From NCBI GenBank assembly GCA_951406725.2, contig OX597830.1, positions 2,666,001 through 2,730,000 of the forward strand: 64,000 bases of DNA, in the 5' to 3' direction. The notes beneath the pieces are model-generated. The model was not told the origin of the DNA. It searched no databases and saw only the letters and a list, made by a program, of their open reading frames with translations. Positions within the stretch are counted from its first letter, which is position 1. Every line of letters starts with the position of its first letter. The translations under genes and the position numbers were made by a program. Positions 35,607 through 48,700 of this stretch are shown here, one piece after another. Source of the DNA: Octopus vulgaris. Lineage: Eukaryota.

Positions 35607-38299
35607 CATCATCATCATCATCATTACTATATTTGAATATCATTATTATAATTATTATTAGTAGCAGTTCTATTATTGCTATTATTATTATTATAATTAT
35701 TCTCATACTATCCACATTTCTACAGCAGCTTCTAATCTATGTCCTTCAGATAATTTGTGCCATCTAATGCAACCTTTGGTTCTTAGGATTCACACAGAAG
35801 CGATAAAATTCCCTAAATCAATGGAGCACATAGCTATTGCGAGTGTCAGGAAAATCTTTGGTGCTTTATGTAATAGGTAGGAATAGTTCAGTAATCATAG
35901 ATAACGGATGACTGCTTCCAATCAGTGAATCATATAACGTTTGCTATTGGAAAGATTCGAGTTCATTCCACCAATTAGCAACTGAAGGCCAATCTTAATT
36001 AACTAGAAACTTCCATAGAATATTTAATATAAAATAAAACATTAACACACATTCGGAGAGAGAGAGTGTAGAGTTTCCAAAGTTTGCATCCTTTTCAAGG
36101 TTTACATAGTGAAAGTGGATAGGTCTGTAAATTTGCTTATAGAAGACCTCATAAAAGAACAAGAATGTAACCTTTATCAGTTTTCTGGTGAATTTGTAGA
36201 AATACCATTGTTAGTGTGGTGTGAATAAGCATCGTTTAATGGCCAACAATTTCTTCAAAGACTTTTATATATTTAAGCAGGATAGACATTATGTGTTATT
36301 TGCCAAAATATCGGCTCAATACATTGATTACGATATTAATAGATTAATACAGCGACAATGTGATTTCGATATAATAAATATAATAGACTTCTCATTTTAT
36401 TGAACAATCTCGAATGGGAAAAGGGGGAAAAAAAATGTCAAGGGTTATGTCTATCATTTCTCTTTGACCAAGAGTAACGTCATGAAATGCTGCAGCTTGG
36501 CAAGCAAGCATTCTTTCATAATGGGATTTGCACAGAAACACTATATTGAGTTTTCACAATATATTTATGCTATACAATATCTTACAAAATATAGAACTAG
36601 TTCTAGACAATTCTCCACCCCACCACACACACACTACCACTCCATCTCTCTCTCTCTCTCTCTCTTCCATTATATTAACGACTCAATCACAATTTCAACT
36701 AACCAAACTATCCCTAATGCGTGTAGTGGGTGTATCTAAGAAATATATAACTATTTTCTATCAATGACGTTTGTTAATTGTTAATGTTGGTGTTGTTGTT
36801 GTTGTTTAACCCTGAGAAGACCATAATCAAACAGGTCGCTGATCAAAAACATTCAAGCTTTTTTCACCCTTTTAACCATTTTTCAAACCCTTTTAGTGCC
36901 AAACTGTCTGAGGCCTTCCTTGGTTTTATCAATAAGGACTTCTGCTTAAAATCTTCCATCAGAACATTGGGTTAATTTATCTTCCAAACACCAGCTTAAT
37001 GATGACAGTTACCTTAGGAAATTCTTCCTTATTTCCAAAATTAATGGTGACAAGAGCAGTGTGTTTCAACAGAAATAGGGTTTCAAAAGAGTGACCCCAT
37101 AGAGTATCTCGGTCTACACGATCTAATATACCATCCCCATTCTTATTCATGTTATTTCTTCTCAAGTCATCACTGACCTAAAAGATTTCAAATCAAACCT
37201 GTTCCAACCTATGACCATCCTGTTTCATGAAGACATAGGGCACCTCTCTTATTGTTGTTACTGTTTAACACCAGGTTAACTCTAATCCAGAAAACCTATG
37301 ATCAAATATGCATTCCAGACATATTCATTCTGCCTTTTCTTTTTAGTGTATCTAAGACTACAGTATTTATTATATTTCCTTCTAAAGAAGATGAGATAGA
37401 TTTGGCTGCTATTTCCAGCATGTAAAGTGATCTTTTCAATTTGTTTATATAATTTATTTTCTTCTTATTTTTTTGAAAGTGTGGTTTTGGCTGAAGGTGA
37501 GACTCTTATTGGTTCAAATCCAGTTCCTCTCAAATCCCTCCATGATTATTACTAAACAGATTTGACCATTCAGCCCGACCATACACACACAGTCTGTTAC
37601 TATGAACAAAATATCCCAAGGGTCTTTGTTACATATAATTGTTCTTCCCTGGAGATTCTTATTCTTGTGTAACCTGGGTAGGTATTTTCCTTGTTCCCTA
37701 GCAACTGATTCTGGTTTGCTCTCTTCTTTTTCTCAGGTCCTGCTCAATATAAACTCAACACGATCGGCTGCAGTGTGTGTCTGTTTATATATTCTGCTAA
37801 CAGACATTTGGTTGTTTTGGATATACTTATATTGTGATTGTATATTTGGTTGAATATTCCAACAGGGATTTTTCAGGTGTACATTTTTATTTTGGACTTT
37901 AGTTCTTTCAGTCAGTTATTGATTAGCCATTGATTTATTGTTTATTCCTTGTATGGTAGGTTCATTTAGAACTATTTCTGCAGTATTTTAACATCTCATT
38001 TATTGTTTATGTAGCCATCTTTGCTATTTTATTTTCCTTTTTTTTTAAATGCTGTTTTATGTTTGTGGTCAGTTTTGTTGTGATTCTTTCATTGGTTTCT
38101 TGTAGATCATCATTTCTATGTATTGGTCATTCTTTTGTTTTATTTTCCATCTAAATTCTTTCTTTGAGTTGTTCTTCTTCAATATTTTGAATCTTGTTCT
38201 TATAATAAATCCCTGTATGTACTTTCACTGCAGTTGTGTCTGCTGCCTCAGATACGTGCTGCTGTTCTTTGTTTTGCTTTTGGTTACCTGTTATCATCT

Positions 38300-40860
38300 T
38301 CAAAGAACTCCATATACTGCTTACCAGTGCCATTTTCTCTATTTTACATATAATTGCATAAAATACTGCAGTTTTGGTAAGGTTTTTCTCTGCATGGTCT
38401 TCACCATACACAAAGCACCTAATAACCTATTATCATGTTCCTGTTTTTGTCCCCACATTTGGATTATCTCTATTTCTAGATCTTTGTATTTAAATAAATT
38501 TTTTTATTACTTTTAGAGATACAATGTTATCTATTAGGACTGATAAGTCGATTAGGAGTCCTTTTTTTACCTAAGTACTTCTTGACAACAATATCTGATT
38601 GGTTAATCATGATCATCCAGTTTATATTGGCATATGCTAGGTTATGGAGCCTTTACCAATATTGGAGATCTTTTCTGATATATAAGCTAATGTCAACTCT
38701 TTTCTGTTAGTATTTTATAAAGCTGATATAACTTTCAGTATATAAAAGTCCCAACTCTGCCATGTCTTTTGATGGATTCTGTCTTGGTTAGAATTTCACA
38801 GACAAAGACTATGTTTCTCTTCCATCTTCTCTTATTCTGCAAATTCTTATTGTTTTCTACTCAATGGTAAAAATTTGCCATTTTCTCATGAGGAAATTAT
38901 GACCCTGTATTGAAATCAAGAATTCTTCAGTCTCTGATTTGAGAACCACATTCCTCAGCCAGTGTTATTGCTCTTCCTTCTTTACTTCTGTTCAATGTTT
39001 TTCACATTTTCACTAAACAGAGGCTTTGCTTGCAATCATTTTACAAAGGCATTTTGCAGCCAACCCAGTTTTAGAATTTTTTCACAATATTTCTTGTTAA
39101 CTGTCATTTTAGCTACCATTTTGCATTCCTTTTCTTGCTAACAGAAAGCAGTTGTTTGCTCTGTTCATGTTTTGTGCTTATTTGCATGAATTTTTCACGA
39201 TTCTGTATGAGATATTTTTTGTAGTCTTGGAGCAAAATATTTTGTAATAATTTTCTAGTTGTCACTTTGAATTCATAATAAATATAATCTTTCTATGTCA
39301 GATTTTTAGGTGGAGCATTCTAGAAGCAGTCATTACTTTTCTTGATTATCTTCTTAGTCATGTTAATTTATTTAACATTCAATGAAGAATATTACAATAA
39401 AAAATTATTACTAAGGCAGCTACAGTTTTGCTGTATATCACCTCAATTTTACCTCTGTTTTAAGTATCAAACGATTCTATTAATAATATTTCTTCCTTTA
39501 TTTGTGTGAGTTGTATGCTCTTTAAGTCACTGATTCCTAAGTATTTGTAAGTCTAATTCTTTGATATCGTTTTTTTTTATCTAGTACAATATTAGTATTT
39601 CTATTCATTTATTTTTGCCAACGTTCTCTTGGGGCATTTTTTGAAGCCATATCCTCAAATTCATTTCCCTACTAAATCCGTGTACTATGTGTAGTAGTGT
39701 TTCTAGTTATTTATTCTTTGCAACATATACTTGAGACCTTTCATATTCAAAAGATGTTTGATTGCCTTACCATATTGTCATTAAATGCATAAGACAAGAA
39801 AAGACAGACCTTGGAATATTCTTGTAATGAAAATGCAGTTTGTTTATATAATTCCTTCTTTTGTCTCTAACTACAGAACTGTTTACCATTTACTCATGAC
39901 CTCTTTCATGTATCCTCTTATCTCTGGTGCTACCGTATTCATAACTAGTGTTATGAATCCCCACAAAGGATCCATGTTTGAGGAATATTATCAAACATCT
40001 TTGGATAATCAATCTATATCAGACCATTGTTTTTCTTTCGGCAATCTTCAGTTTTGACTTTATTGATCAGTAATTGATTTTTAAAGAAATATGAGCCTCT
40101 GCAGCATTCTTTGCGCTCTTCTGGAAACAATTTTTTCCAACTGTTTATTCACTCTATGCAAATGTTATTGCTGTCAAGAGTTTTTGATTGAAGGAAGCCT
40201 GGAGGCTTGGGAATTGACTCGAGGATGATTATTTCCCCGGTGAACCATTTACGTTTTGTCTCCAGTTCTCTCACCATTTCATTAAACTACTCTCCTATCA
40301 TCTTAGTTGACCCACATAAATATGTGTCTCAGATGCTTTCTGCATTTCTTATACTATTTCTGCTGGTTTGGCCACCCATCACAATTCACATGCCTTTATT
40401 TGTTGTTTTTTCCATTCACTTTTCTGCTGATTCTTTTGCTGTCCATATTCTTCCCTTAAATTCTTCTCCTTCTCCCTGGTGTTGATGCTGTTTTATTTTT
40501 CTCAAGTTCTTGATAAAATCCTTTTTGGTTGGAATAAAACTGTTTGCTCTCTTCAAAGAATTGTTGATGGCTTTCCTATCGATGGATTCTTTACAGTTTA
40601 ACAGGAACCTCTGTTGCAAGTGTTCTTTGATTCTTGCAGACTTTCTTTTTCTTCTTATGTTACACTTCTGTCTTATTTGTTCCTCTCTCATTTGTTTCCT
40701 TTTTTATTTGTTCTTTTGTTTTATTATTGATTTAATTAAAGATTCCAAAATCTTTTCCTTTATTTTCTTTCTTTTTATGAATATTTGTGTCTTACGTTGT
40801 TTCATTCGGCTTTGATATCCCTTTTTCATTAGATCTAAAGGATTACCCATTTCCCTTCAT
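38300..40860 (-). pseudogene. Highly decayed R4/Dong-clade LINE (RT plus REL region)
   Basis: Minus-strand remnants QLLIN (~40070), TYKYLGI (~39540), RKVMTASRMLHLKSDIERLY (~39310), WLRNVVLKSETEEFLISIQ (~38930), EIIQMW..LLGAL (~38440). An (AAT)n-type tract is adjacent at 40880-40965. Confidence 0.72.
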
Positions 40861-40912
40861 CATCACAGATGCAGATGCATAATATTATTATCATCACCAT
40901 CATCATCATTGC

Positions 40913-40957
<45 letters not shown>

Positions 40958-42674
40958 CATAATTATTGACTCTTGCAGTGTAAAGACGTTTTTTATATTC
41001 TCCTTCGAGACACAATTTGTTCAAGTATTACCAGATGAAGTTTTCTTTGGGGATGCTTATACAAAGAGCTATAATTGCTTCATGAAGGGCAGCCATTAAT
41101 ATGTGGTGGGCATGCAACAAAAAATGAGTTGTTTCACAAGCTTTGAAAATATTAGTTACACACATCACAATTCACACCGAAAATGGCAACTAGGCTTATT
41201 TAACCTACAAGAATAAACACTAGAATGGTTAAAAAAAAAAAAGAACCATCAATACAAAATCAAAAAAGCACTGAATATACAAGAATGGAAAAACTGAAGA
41301 ATTAATCGTACAAATTGTCTCAAGTCCTGAAATAAGTTGTCTAGAAGATGGCAACAAGATCAAATATAGAAATAGCAATAGAACAGTCACATGATTCCAA
41401 ATACAGGGGTCCACTTATTTATACAGCAGTTGCATGAACATTAAACTTCCTTTATTACAAAACGAACATGATATTTTTATATGCATCGTGGTTACCCGGC
41501 AAAAATTTAAGCAGGAGAATTTTGCAAAACTAGCAGCAATTCTTTACCACTGGAGATAATTAAAGAAAGAGTAAAGAAAAATATTCTGTATGTCTGCTTA
41601 TGAAAGAATAGAAATGGGCTAAATCTTTGTTCACACTAAAAGTAACACAAGTTATCCAGTTGTTACATATGTTGGAGTGAAACACTCTATAGGTGAATGT
41701 GTGGAAGAAACGGAAAGTGTTAGAGAAATAACCAGGCAGAAAAATAATGAAGAGAGACAACAAAAAAGAACAACCACCAGTTTCATAGCAACACTAGCTT
41801 AAACTCTGGGAGTGCAGCAAAGTTGTCTTTAAACATAGTACCACAAATTGTTAGATGAGCACATACCATTTTCCCTCACAATACCATCCTGCAGTATTCG
41901 CTTACACCAGCGATGAGGAAGACATCATAATTTCAGATGAATATCAACAAGTAATTGATGACAATACGAAAAGGAAAAAAACAAAACAAAATCAAAGAAA
42001 AAGAAAAGTGAGCATGAAATAAGGAAAACAACTGGGGGGAAGAACAATTTATTCCAGATGACAAGAAGATCTTGCTTCAAGAAAATAATGAAGAAAATAA
42101 AAATAAGGAGAATAAAGATGAACTTTGATTCACTGTTTTTTGAAAAATCAAACCAAGGGATAATAGAGAAATTACGCATCTGTGTTGCTATGGTGCTTCC
42201 GAAGACATTAAAATGGTGAGAAAATAGTTGTATTCAAAGCATAAACAATATGCAAAGTTTAAACTAATATACCATATCCATCTTCAAATAGATTACTCTC
42301 AAGATGTTGCTGTTTCCCACACCAATTGTCTCATAAAATGCTTGTTGGTGCATTTGGTGGTACTCAAACACAATTTGGAAAATAATTCAATAAACAGAAT
42401 CATGGAGTACTCTAATTCAATTTAACCTGTAATCTTTCGTATTTTATTTCCTTTAATAATATTTTGTTTTAACTATTGTATTTTTGAGAGATTTATTGAT
42501 TTTTAAAAAATTGATTTCCAATTAAATATGTGAGAATTTGAATGCTATTGTGTGTGTATATGTGTGCACTTATAGTGTATATGTATGTATATATGTGCCT
42601 GTGATTGTGTATGCATGTATTATATAGCATTTTCACCCTCACTCTTGTATTTGTAAACTAGTTGAATTTATTTC

Positions 42675-43098
42675 TCTGCCAGGGCTGCTGACTGGCACCC
42701 ATGCTGGGTGGCACGTAAAAAGCACCATTCGAGCATGATCACTACCAGCGTCGCCTTATTGGCATTGTGCTGGTGGCACGTGAAAGACAACTTTGAGTGA
42801 GGTCGTTGCCAGTGTCGCTTGACTGGCTCCTGTACAGGTGGCACATAAAAAATATCTCTTGAGCGTGGCCGTTGCCAGTACCGCCTGACTGGCCCTTGTG
42901 CCAGTGGCACGTAAAAGCACCCACTACCCTCTCGGAGTGGTTGGCATTAGGAAGGGCATCCAGCTGTAGAAACTCTGCCAAGATCAGATTGGAGCCGGTG
43001 CATCTTGCTTGCCAGTCCTCAGTCAAACCATCCAACCCATGCCAGCATGGAAAGCGGACGTTAAACAATGATGATGCTGCTGCTGCTGATGATGATGA
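42675..43098 (+). mobile_element. RTE-type 3'-tail element with ~4 tandem modules and (GAT)n tail
   Basis: Repeated 'gtggcacgtaaaaagcacc..gag..cgttgccagt', then 'ggcattaggaagggcatccagctgtagaaac...ggacgttaaacaatgatgat'. Confidence 0.85.
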
Positions 43099-43489
43099 AG
43101 TACATATCACGAGTTTACATTTAACTATTTTTATTTGAATATTGGCTCTACAAGTCACTCGCCCATTCTGGGTTCCTCTCAGATCCTCGTCAGGAACTCA
43201 ATTCTCATATGTTTAGTTGTTTATATGCAAGTTTCTTCTTTCTAACTTTATTTATCGAGGATCTGTTTTATAGGTAGATACTCTTCTTGTTACTAAGCCA
43301 TGTCTGTTTTATTTGTTAAGCGATCTATTATTTCATCTCTTCAAAGGAACAAAGGTAGCAGAGGACTTGTTGGCAGAGGAAATGACATCATCACTTAAGT
43401 TCAGTGGCTTTTGGAGGGTGCAAGTGTAAAGAAACATAGGAATACATACGCACTTTTGTATGTGGAAGTATGTATATATATATATATAT

Positions 43490-44034
43490 ATTCAGTTGAA
43501 TATGGTATTTAAGTTAAAGGCACAAGAATTTGGTATGGCATTATCCATATAATTCAAATTGGGATGATTATAATCAAAATAAGCAACAGGGATATCCAGA
43601 GGTTCTACCTCAAAGGGATCTTGATTTATGGCTCTGCCACTTAAACTGTCTTTTACTCTATAAAAGATAGATTCTTGTTTTTCCACTGGACCTGATAGAA
43701 TAGTCTTAAACCACCACCCCAGGTGGAAATCTAAACAACAAAGTAAAACCAATGACAAGCAGTATCTTCATGGAAAGAAATATCAGTTACTTCTATATTT
43801 TTGTTGATGAAACTTGTTTCTCTGTCTATCTACTTAACCTCTTTGTGATTTTGGTTAATGGAATAACTATAAAAATGAATCTTTTAAATTTAACTAAATT
43901 CTATATTTGTATGCAGCTGAAGATTACTCTACATTTTAAAACTGATGTATGTAATACTTGCATTGTTCAATTAAATGGAGTCGCATGAAACGATCGTACT
44001 GCATTACCTCTGGATATCCTTGTTGCTTATTTTG

Positions 44035-44040
<6 letters not shown>
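43490..44040. mobile_element. (TA)n-flanked insert with 35-bp inverted arms (43569-43603/44006-44040) and a degenerate hammerhead-like motif
   Basis: tataatcaaaataagcaacagggatatccagaggt / acctctggatatccttgttgcttattttgattata. CTGATG(t)A..GAAAC-GATC-GTA at 43942-43998. Confidence 0.65.
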
Positions 44041-44070
<30 letters not shown>

Positions 44071-44499
44071 GCTTGTTATAATTTCTGTCTATCAAATCTT
44101 TCACAAAGCTGCCAGGCAGTGGGACTGAATCAAAAATCATGTGGCTGAGAAGTGAATTTTTAAAACACACAGCCATACCAGCATGCACACTCACACACGC
44201 ACACACACACATATTCACAGAAAGTCATTGTTTATTTCTAGGATGTACTGTCGTTCAAATAAGTGGACCTTGTTTAGCTTTCATATCTGGAGATTGTCCC
44301 AACCGTATTAGAGTAATACATTACTATGTCCCTATCGTCTATTTTTCTCTGTATTATAATTAATGCAGTTAACGTCACTGCAAGAGTCATGTTTCCTTAA
44401 GAAGAGGAGAGAGAGAGAGAGAGAGAATGGCATGGATAAAGCTTTGAAGATTTCACCATTGTTATACTCGTGTTTCAGATCCAGGAACTTGTGATAAAT

Positions 44500-47000
44500 G
44501 ATTTGTTGAGAGAGTATCACAACTCTCCTTCTCCTCGATAGAAATGGATTAAAGACATCAGCATCAGCATCAGATGGTGAGACTAGTCCTTTTTCAACTG
44601 ATTGTTTTTGATAAGGAAACATATTTTGGGATCTACTGAGGGAAAATTTAATGAAGAAGTGATTTTGTCAATGTTGAAAGAATTAAGGATAACAATCCCC
44701 TGAACTTTCTCCTGGTAGAAAATTAAGTATTATTAGCTGAGATGATTGCATGTTTAAAGCTATGGAAGGCATCAATCATTAAAATAATTCGTTAACCTAA
44801 AGATTCATTAAAACAAGTGATTGTTCTTAATTTCATTGTTTTATTATCTTGTTAGTTTGCATTAAACATGACTGGGTAGATTACCATATCATTTCATTTC
44901 AACGTTCATTTTGTCTACATGAGGAAGATTGGTAAAGAGTCATTCTAGTCTTATAAATATTCAAACTACTTTGAAATTCCGAAAATTCAGTGCTTTTAAA
45001 TTGATTGCCATGGCCACCATGAACAAAACTTGTAACACTGAGAAAAGGGAATAATGAGGACAAGCTTTGAATAATAGAGTGAGAACTTCCTTACCCTGAA
45101 GTGAATGTGAAATGGTAATACGTAAATTCTTTGAGTGCTGTCAAAAGTAAGAGTCTCCCATTTTACTAAATTGCTTTATATCCTTCATTAAAAAGAGACA
45201 ATTTTTTTATTGCAGAAGTTGGCCTGTTGTAATTTTCACAAAGTGAGTTATGAGTGTTACACATATATCACAAAATCTAATTTAATCTAATGTTTTCTTA
45301 ATAGTTTATTACGGTTTAATCTTGCTGTATAAACATTCCTTCCTTGTTTAAGCTGCGAGTGTCTCATCTCTCCATCAATCATCATTGTTAAATCCATTCC
45401 TTCGTTATTTTCAAATCAATTCATTATTATTAGGAATTGCAGAAATTTTACTTAGAACATCTGCAACCAAATTCTTTCTTCTTGGACAGTATTGTATTTT
45501 CTATGAGATCTTCATTGGCATTTTTAGTGAAAGATTTAGGTCAGGCTTCCTAGAAGAAAACTACTGTTTGCTCAGGTGTAACAAGCTTTTGTGCTTTTAG
45601 GTAATGTCTCAATTTTCAACTGATTAGACTGTTTCAAGAATTTCTAAATTTAAAGTGAGTTATTTCTTTTAAATACCATTGTATATGAATAGATGCAAAT
45701 TGGCTACTCAGCTGGCAATACGTGAATAAGTAGGGGACAAGTTGTTGCAACTGGTAATGAAGTTATTGTCTCATTGTCTTTGAGTTTTTCAATTGTCTCA
45801 AGACATTTCACCAATATTGGCCATTACTGAAGTTGTTTACCTCCAAACAAAGGTGTGACAAGTTCAACGAAAGTTTTTAGTTTTGATAACATTCAATAAT
45901 GACATATTTAAATTCTTTGGATTTTCCAGGCACAAAGAAACCAGATGGCTATCAAAGGTCAAGTAACTTGTTGCCACCTCTAAATATGTGACCAAAGAAA
46001 GAGAACTCAGTCACCTTGAATTTATCTTTTCAAGAGTTGTGTGAGTGACCTACCTCTTGGGTATAGCCAAAGAGACTTACAAATTTTCATTTTGGATCCT
46101 TTTATTTTCTTCTACCACATAGCACCACAGCATCAAGACAATGAACTATCTCCAGCCACCCCTATTAGTTTTCAACAATTTCTCTTCTTATTCTGATAAA
46201 AACCATTAGTTGTACTCTGATTGTAAACTCCAAATGGCATTTACAGAAATCAAAATAATTCATTCTTTGCTTCAATACCTGTAAAATGTCACTCCCCAAA
46301 GACGCAATGGTGGTTGGTAATATGCTTACGAAGCTCAGCAGTGTGGAAACAATAATTTGCAAGAATTTTCATTTAGAAACAAGATGAATGAAGAGAACAG
46401 GAAATGCATCTGGCCCAATTGAGTGTATCAATTAATAGAATCTGTGTAGTTGGATGCTGTTTGTGTCATAAGAATTCAGAAACTTCGAGGGATGTGAAAT
46501 AAATCATTTTAACAGTGGAACTCAGAGTAAATAAAACTGTAAGTAACAGAATGTAGAATATTGGGTAAATGAAAAATATCTCGGATGACAAAAATCAAAG
46601 GCTACCAATATTTTTAATAACTGCAAACACTTGAGAACATAATAACAACTTAGAGGATTTAGTTGTTCCCTCAGCTAATAGTTTATGAATTTTAGAATTA
46701 GTGAATTGAAGATCTTCAAAGAACCAATTCTAAATGGAGCAATGGATTGGTAATGCTTCCGTCTAAATTTCTGAATTAAATTTCTGATCAGCTTGTGCAG
46801 CAGACACAGTTAAGGCTGAGAGTTTACCATTAAATTCTGTCTCAAATGACTGAAATTGGGAAAATTCAGGAATACTCAAGAATGTATTCCAAAATCAATG
46901 AAAACTTTTGTTATAAGAAAGCAAGGGTTTTGTTCAGCGTTCTTAGAATTCGCTTTCAAATTCAGTTCCACCTGTCTCCATCAACAGATTACAACCTTTT
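44500..47000 (-). pseudogene. Decayed Ty3/Gypsy pol (RT-RNase H-integrase)
   Basis: In Gypsy order on the minus strand: PDAFPV (~46410), MPFG (46240-46229), CLDAVVLCG (YLDD-like), FSFFGHIF (~45990), KNLVADVLSK (~45460), GNQFKSTEF (~45000). No LTRs found. Confidence 0.65.
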
Positions 47001-47039
47001 GACATGATTTATGTTTTAATACAACCCAATCTTTTGAAA

Positions 47040-47685
47040 GATAACTCTATAACTGGTTGAAGCCCTTTATTTTCGGTCGAAAAAAGGTTGTCATAGTTCT
47101 AGGACAGCACTCTTCGCCCTATGAGATGACATCAGGTGTACCACAGGGATCTGTTCTTGGCCCACTTTTATTTGTTGCATATGTTAATGACATAGATGCC
47201 AACTTAAAGAATGCCACAGTGCTGAAATATGCAGATGACATCAAGCTGTACCTCGAAATAAAGAGGTCAGATCCTGTACACTATGGATTTCTATTGCAAG
47301 CAGACCTGGACACATGGACTGGCAACTCAAGCTGGCTGTGGACAAATGTACCACCATGCATTTTGGGAGGAGAAACCCAGTGTCCACCTACTCCCTCCAC
47401 AACACTAACCTCAAAAAGTTTTCGTGTGAACGTGACCTGGGTGTTATTGTCGACAGTGATTTGCGTTGGACAAAACACATCACTAAAATTGTCAAGAAGG
47501 CTGAGGGTGTCTTGGCATCACTCACCAAGTCCTTTGTGAACCGCTCTCCGACTATCTATCTGCGGCTTTATATAGCTATGGTAAGACCTCACCTGGTATT
47601 TGCATCACCGGTCTTGAACCCCTATCTTGCCCAGGATATCAATCGTCTGGAAGCCGTTCAGCGACATGCAACCAAAAGAATACCC
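47040..47685 (+). pseudogene. CR1-type LINE RT fragment inserted in the Gypsy relic
   Basis: SGVPQGSVLGPLLF, KYADDIKLY, ERDLGVIVD..LRW..HI, MVRPHL..P..LEAVQRHATK. One frameshift near 47310. Confidence 0.92.
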
Positions 47686-47689
47686 TTGT

Positions 47690-48700
47690 TGACATTCCAT
47701 TACCAAACATCCAAACAATTTTACATTTAAGACGTATATAAACAAGACATTATTTACAGCTAAGTTTTTAACATAAATTATTGTTGATTTCCCACAACAA
47801 TAACATGTATTATTGTTATTATGTGTGGCACTGTCGTTTGTAGCACTAATAGAGGAGTCTTCTATTTGGACATGAAATGTAGAAACTCAATATAAAATGA
47901 AGCAAAATCAAATTTATTACAAACTAAGTTGTTGATCAGATTCCCTTCTTTACAATAAGCACTTCTAACAGCCTTGTTTACAAATGCTTTAGAGAATCTA
48001 TAATATTCTGAGATCTGTCGACAAGACCTTCCAATACTTTGTCCATGCTGTTATTTCATTGAATAATGTCTTGTTTGTTCATTAAATATATTTTTGTTAC
48101 CAATAAATTTAGATGCGATGAAGTATTTAGCTCTTATATGACATGCAAAGCTAGTTTCCGTCTTCTGTTTTGTCATTTCAGGTGATTCTGTCATCATAGT
48201 AACCAATCATTGTATCTCCTAACTTCAAAGAAATAAATCTAATTTATCGTTTGCACCTGGTTTCATAAATCTAAGATATCTTTCAAGTCAGATAATAAAT
48301 TTATCAAAGACTTCTGCCAAATTATACTCCAACATGAGAGGGTTGATTCCCATTGATGGCATCATTGATTACAATAACTTCTCAACCATGAAATTTGGAA
48401 TTTGTAATGTCAAGGTGTCACTATTAACCAACCAAAGATGTATTTCACACTTCACAAGTCGTCAGGTAATGAAAGTCATCTATCCACTTTTTATAATAAA
48501 TGGCAAACGGTTCCACTACAAGACAGTAACATATGATCAAGGGATTCTCGTGATTTAACATGATTGTCTCATTAGCAATTGACATAATGGTAAAAGACAA
48601 TTACGGAATATCCAGCACTAGCACCATGCACATAGTTCAGAAAGAGAGGTGGATTGAGAGACACTAATAAAGAGATCAGTCTAATTGGAAAGGTCTTAGA
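47690..48700 (-). pseudogene. Possible further LTR-retrotransposon relic (gag knuckle / RNase H / integrase Zn-finger remnants)
   Basis: Weak motifs only: CYCCGK (~47800), FMKPGAN (~48260), YVHGASAG (~48625). Confidence 0.3.

Noticed and set aside
41400-42420. Coding-like decayed stretch (also 8950-9700 and 10400-11250)
   Set aside because: No recognisable motif could be recovered by eye. A tBLASTx or profile search is needed.
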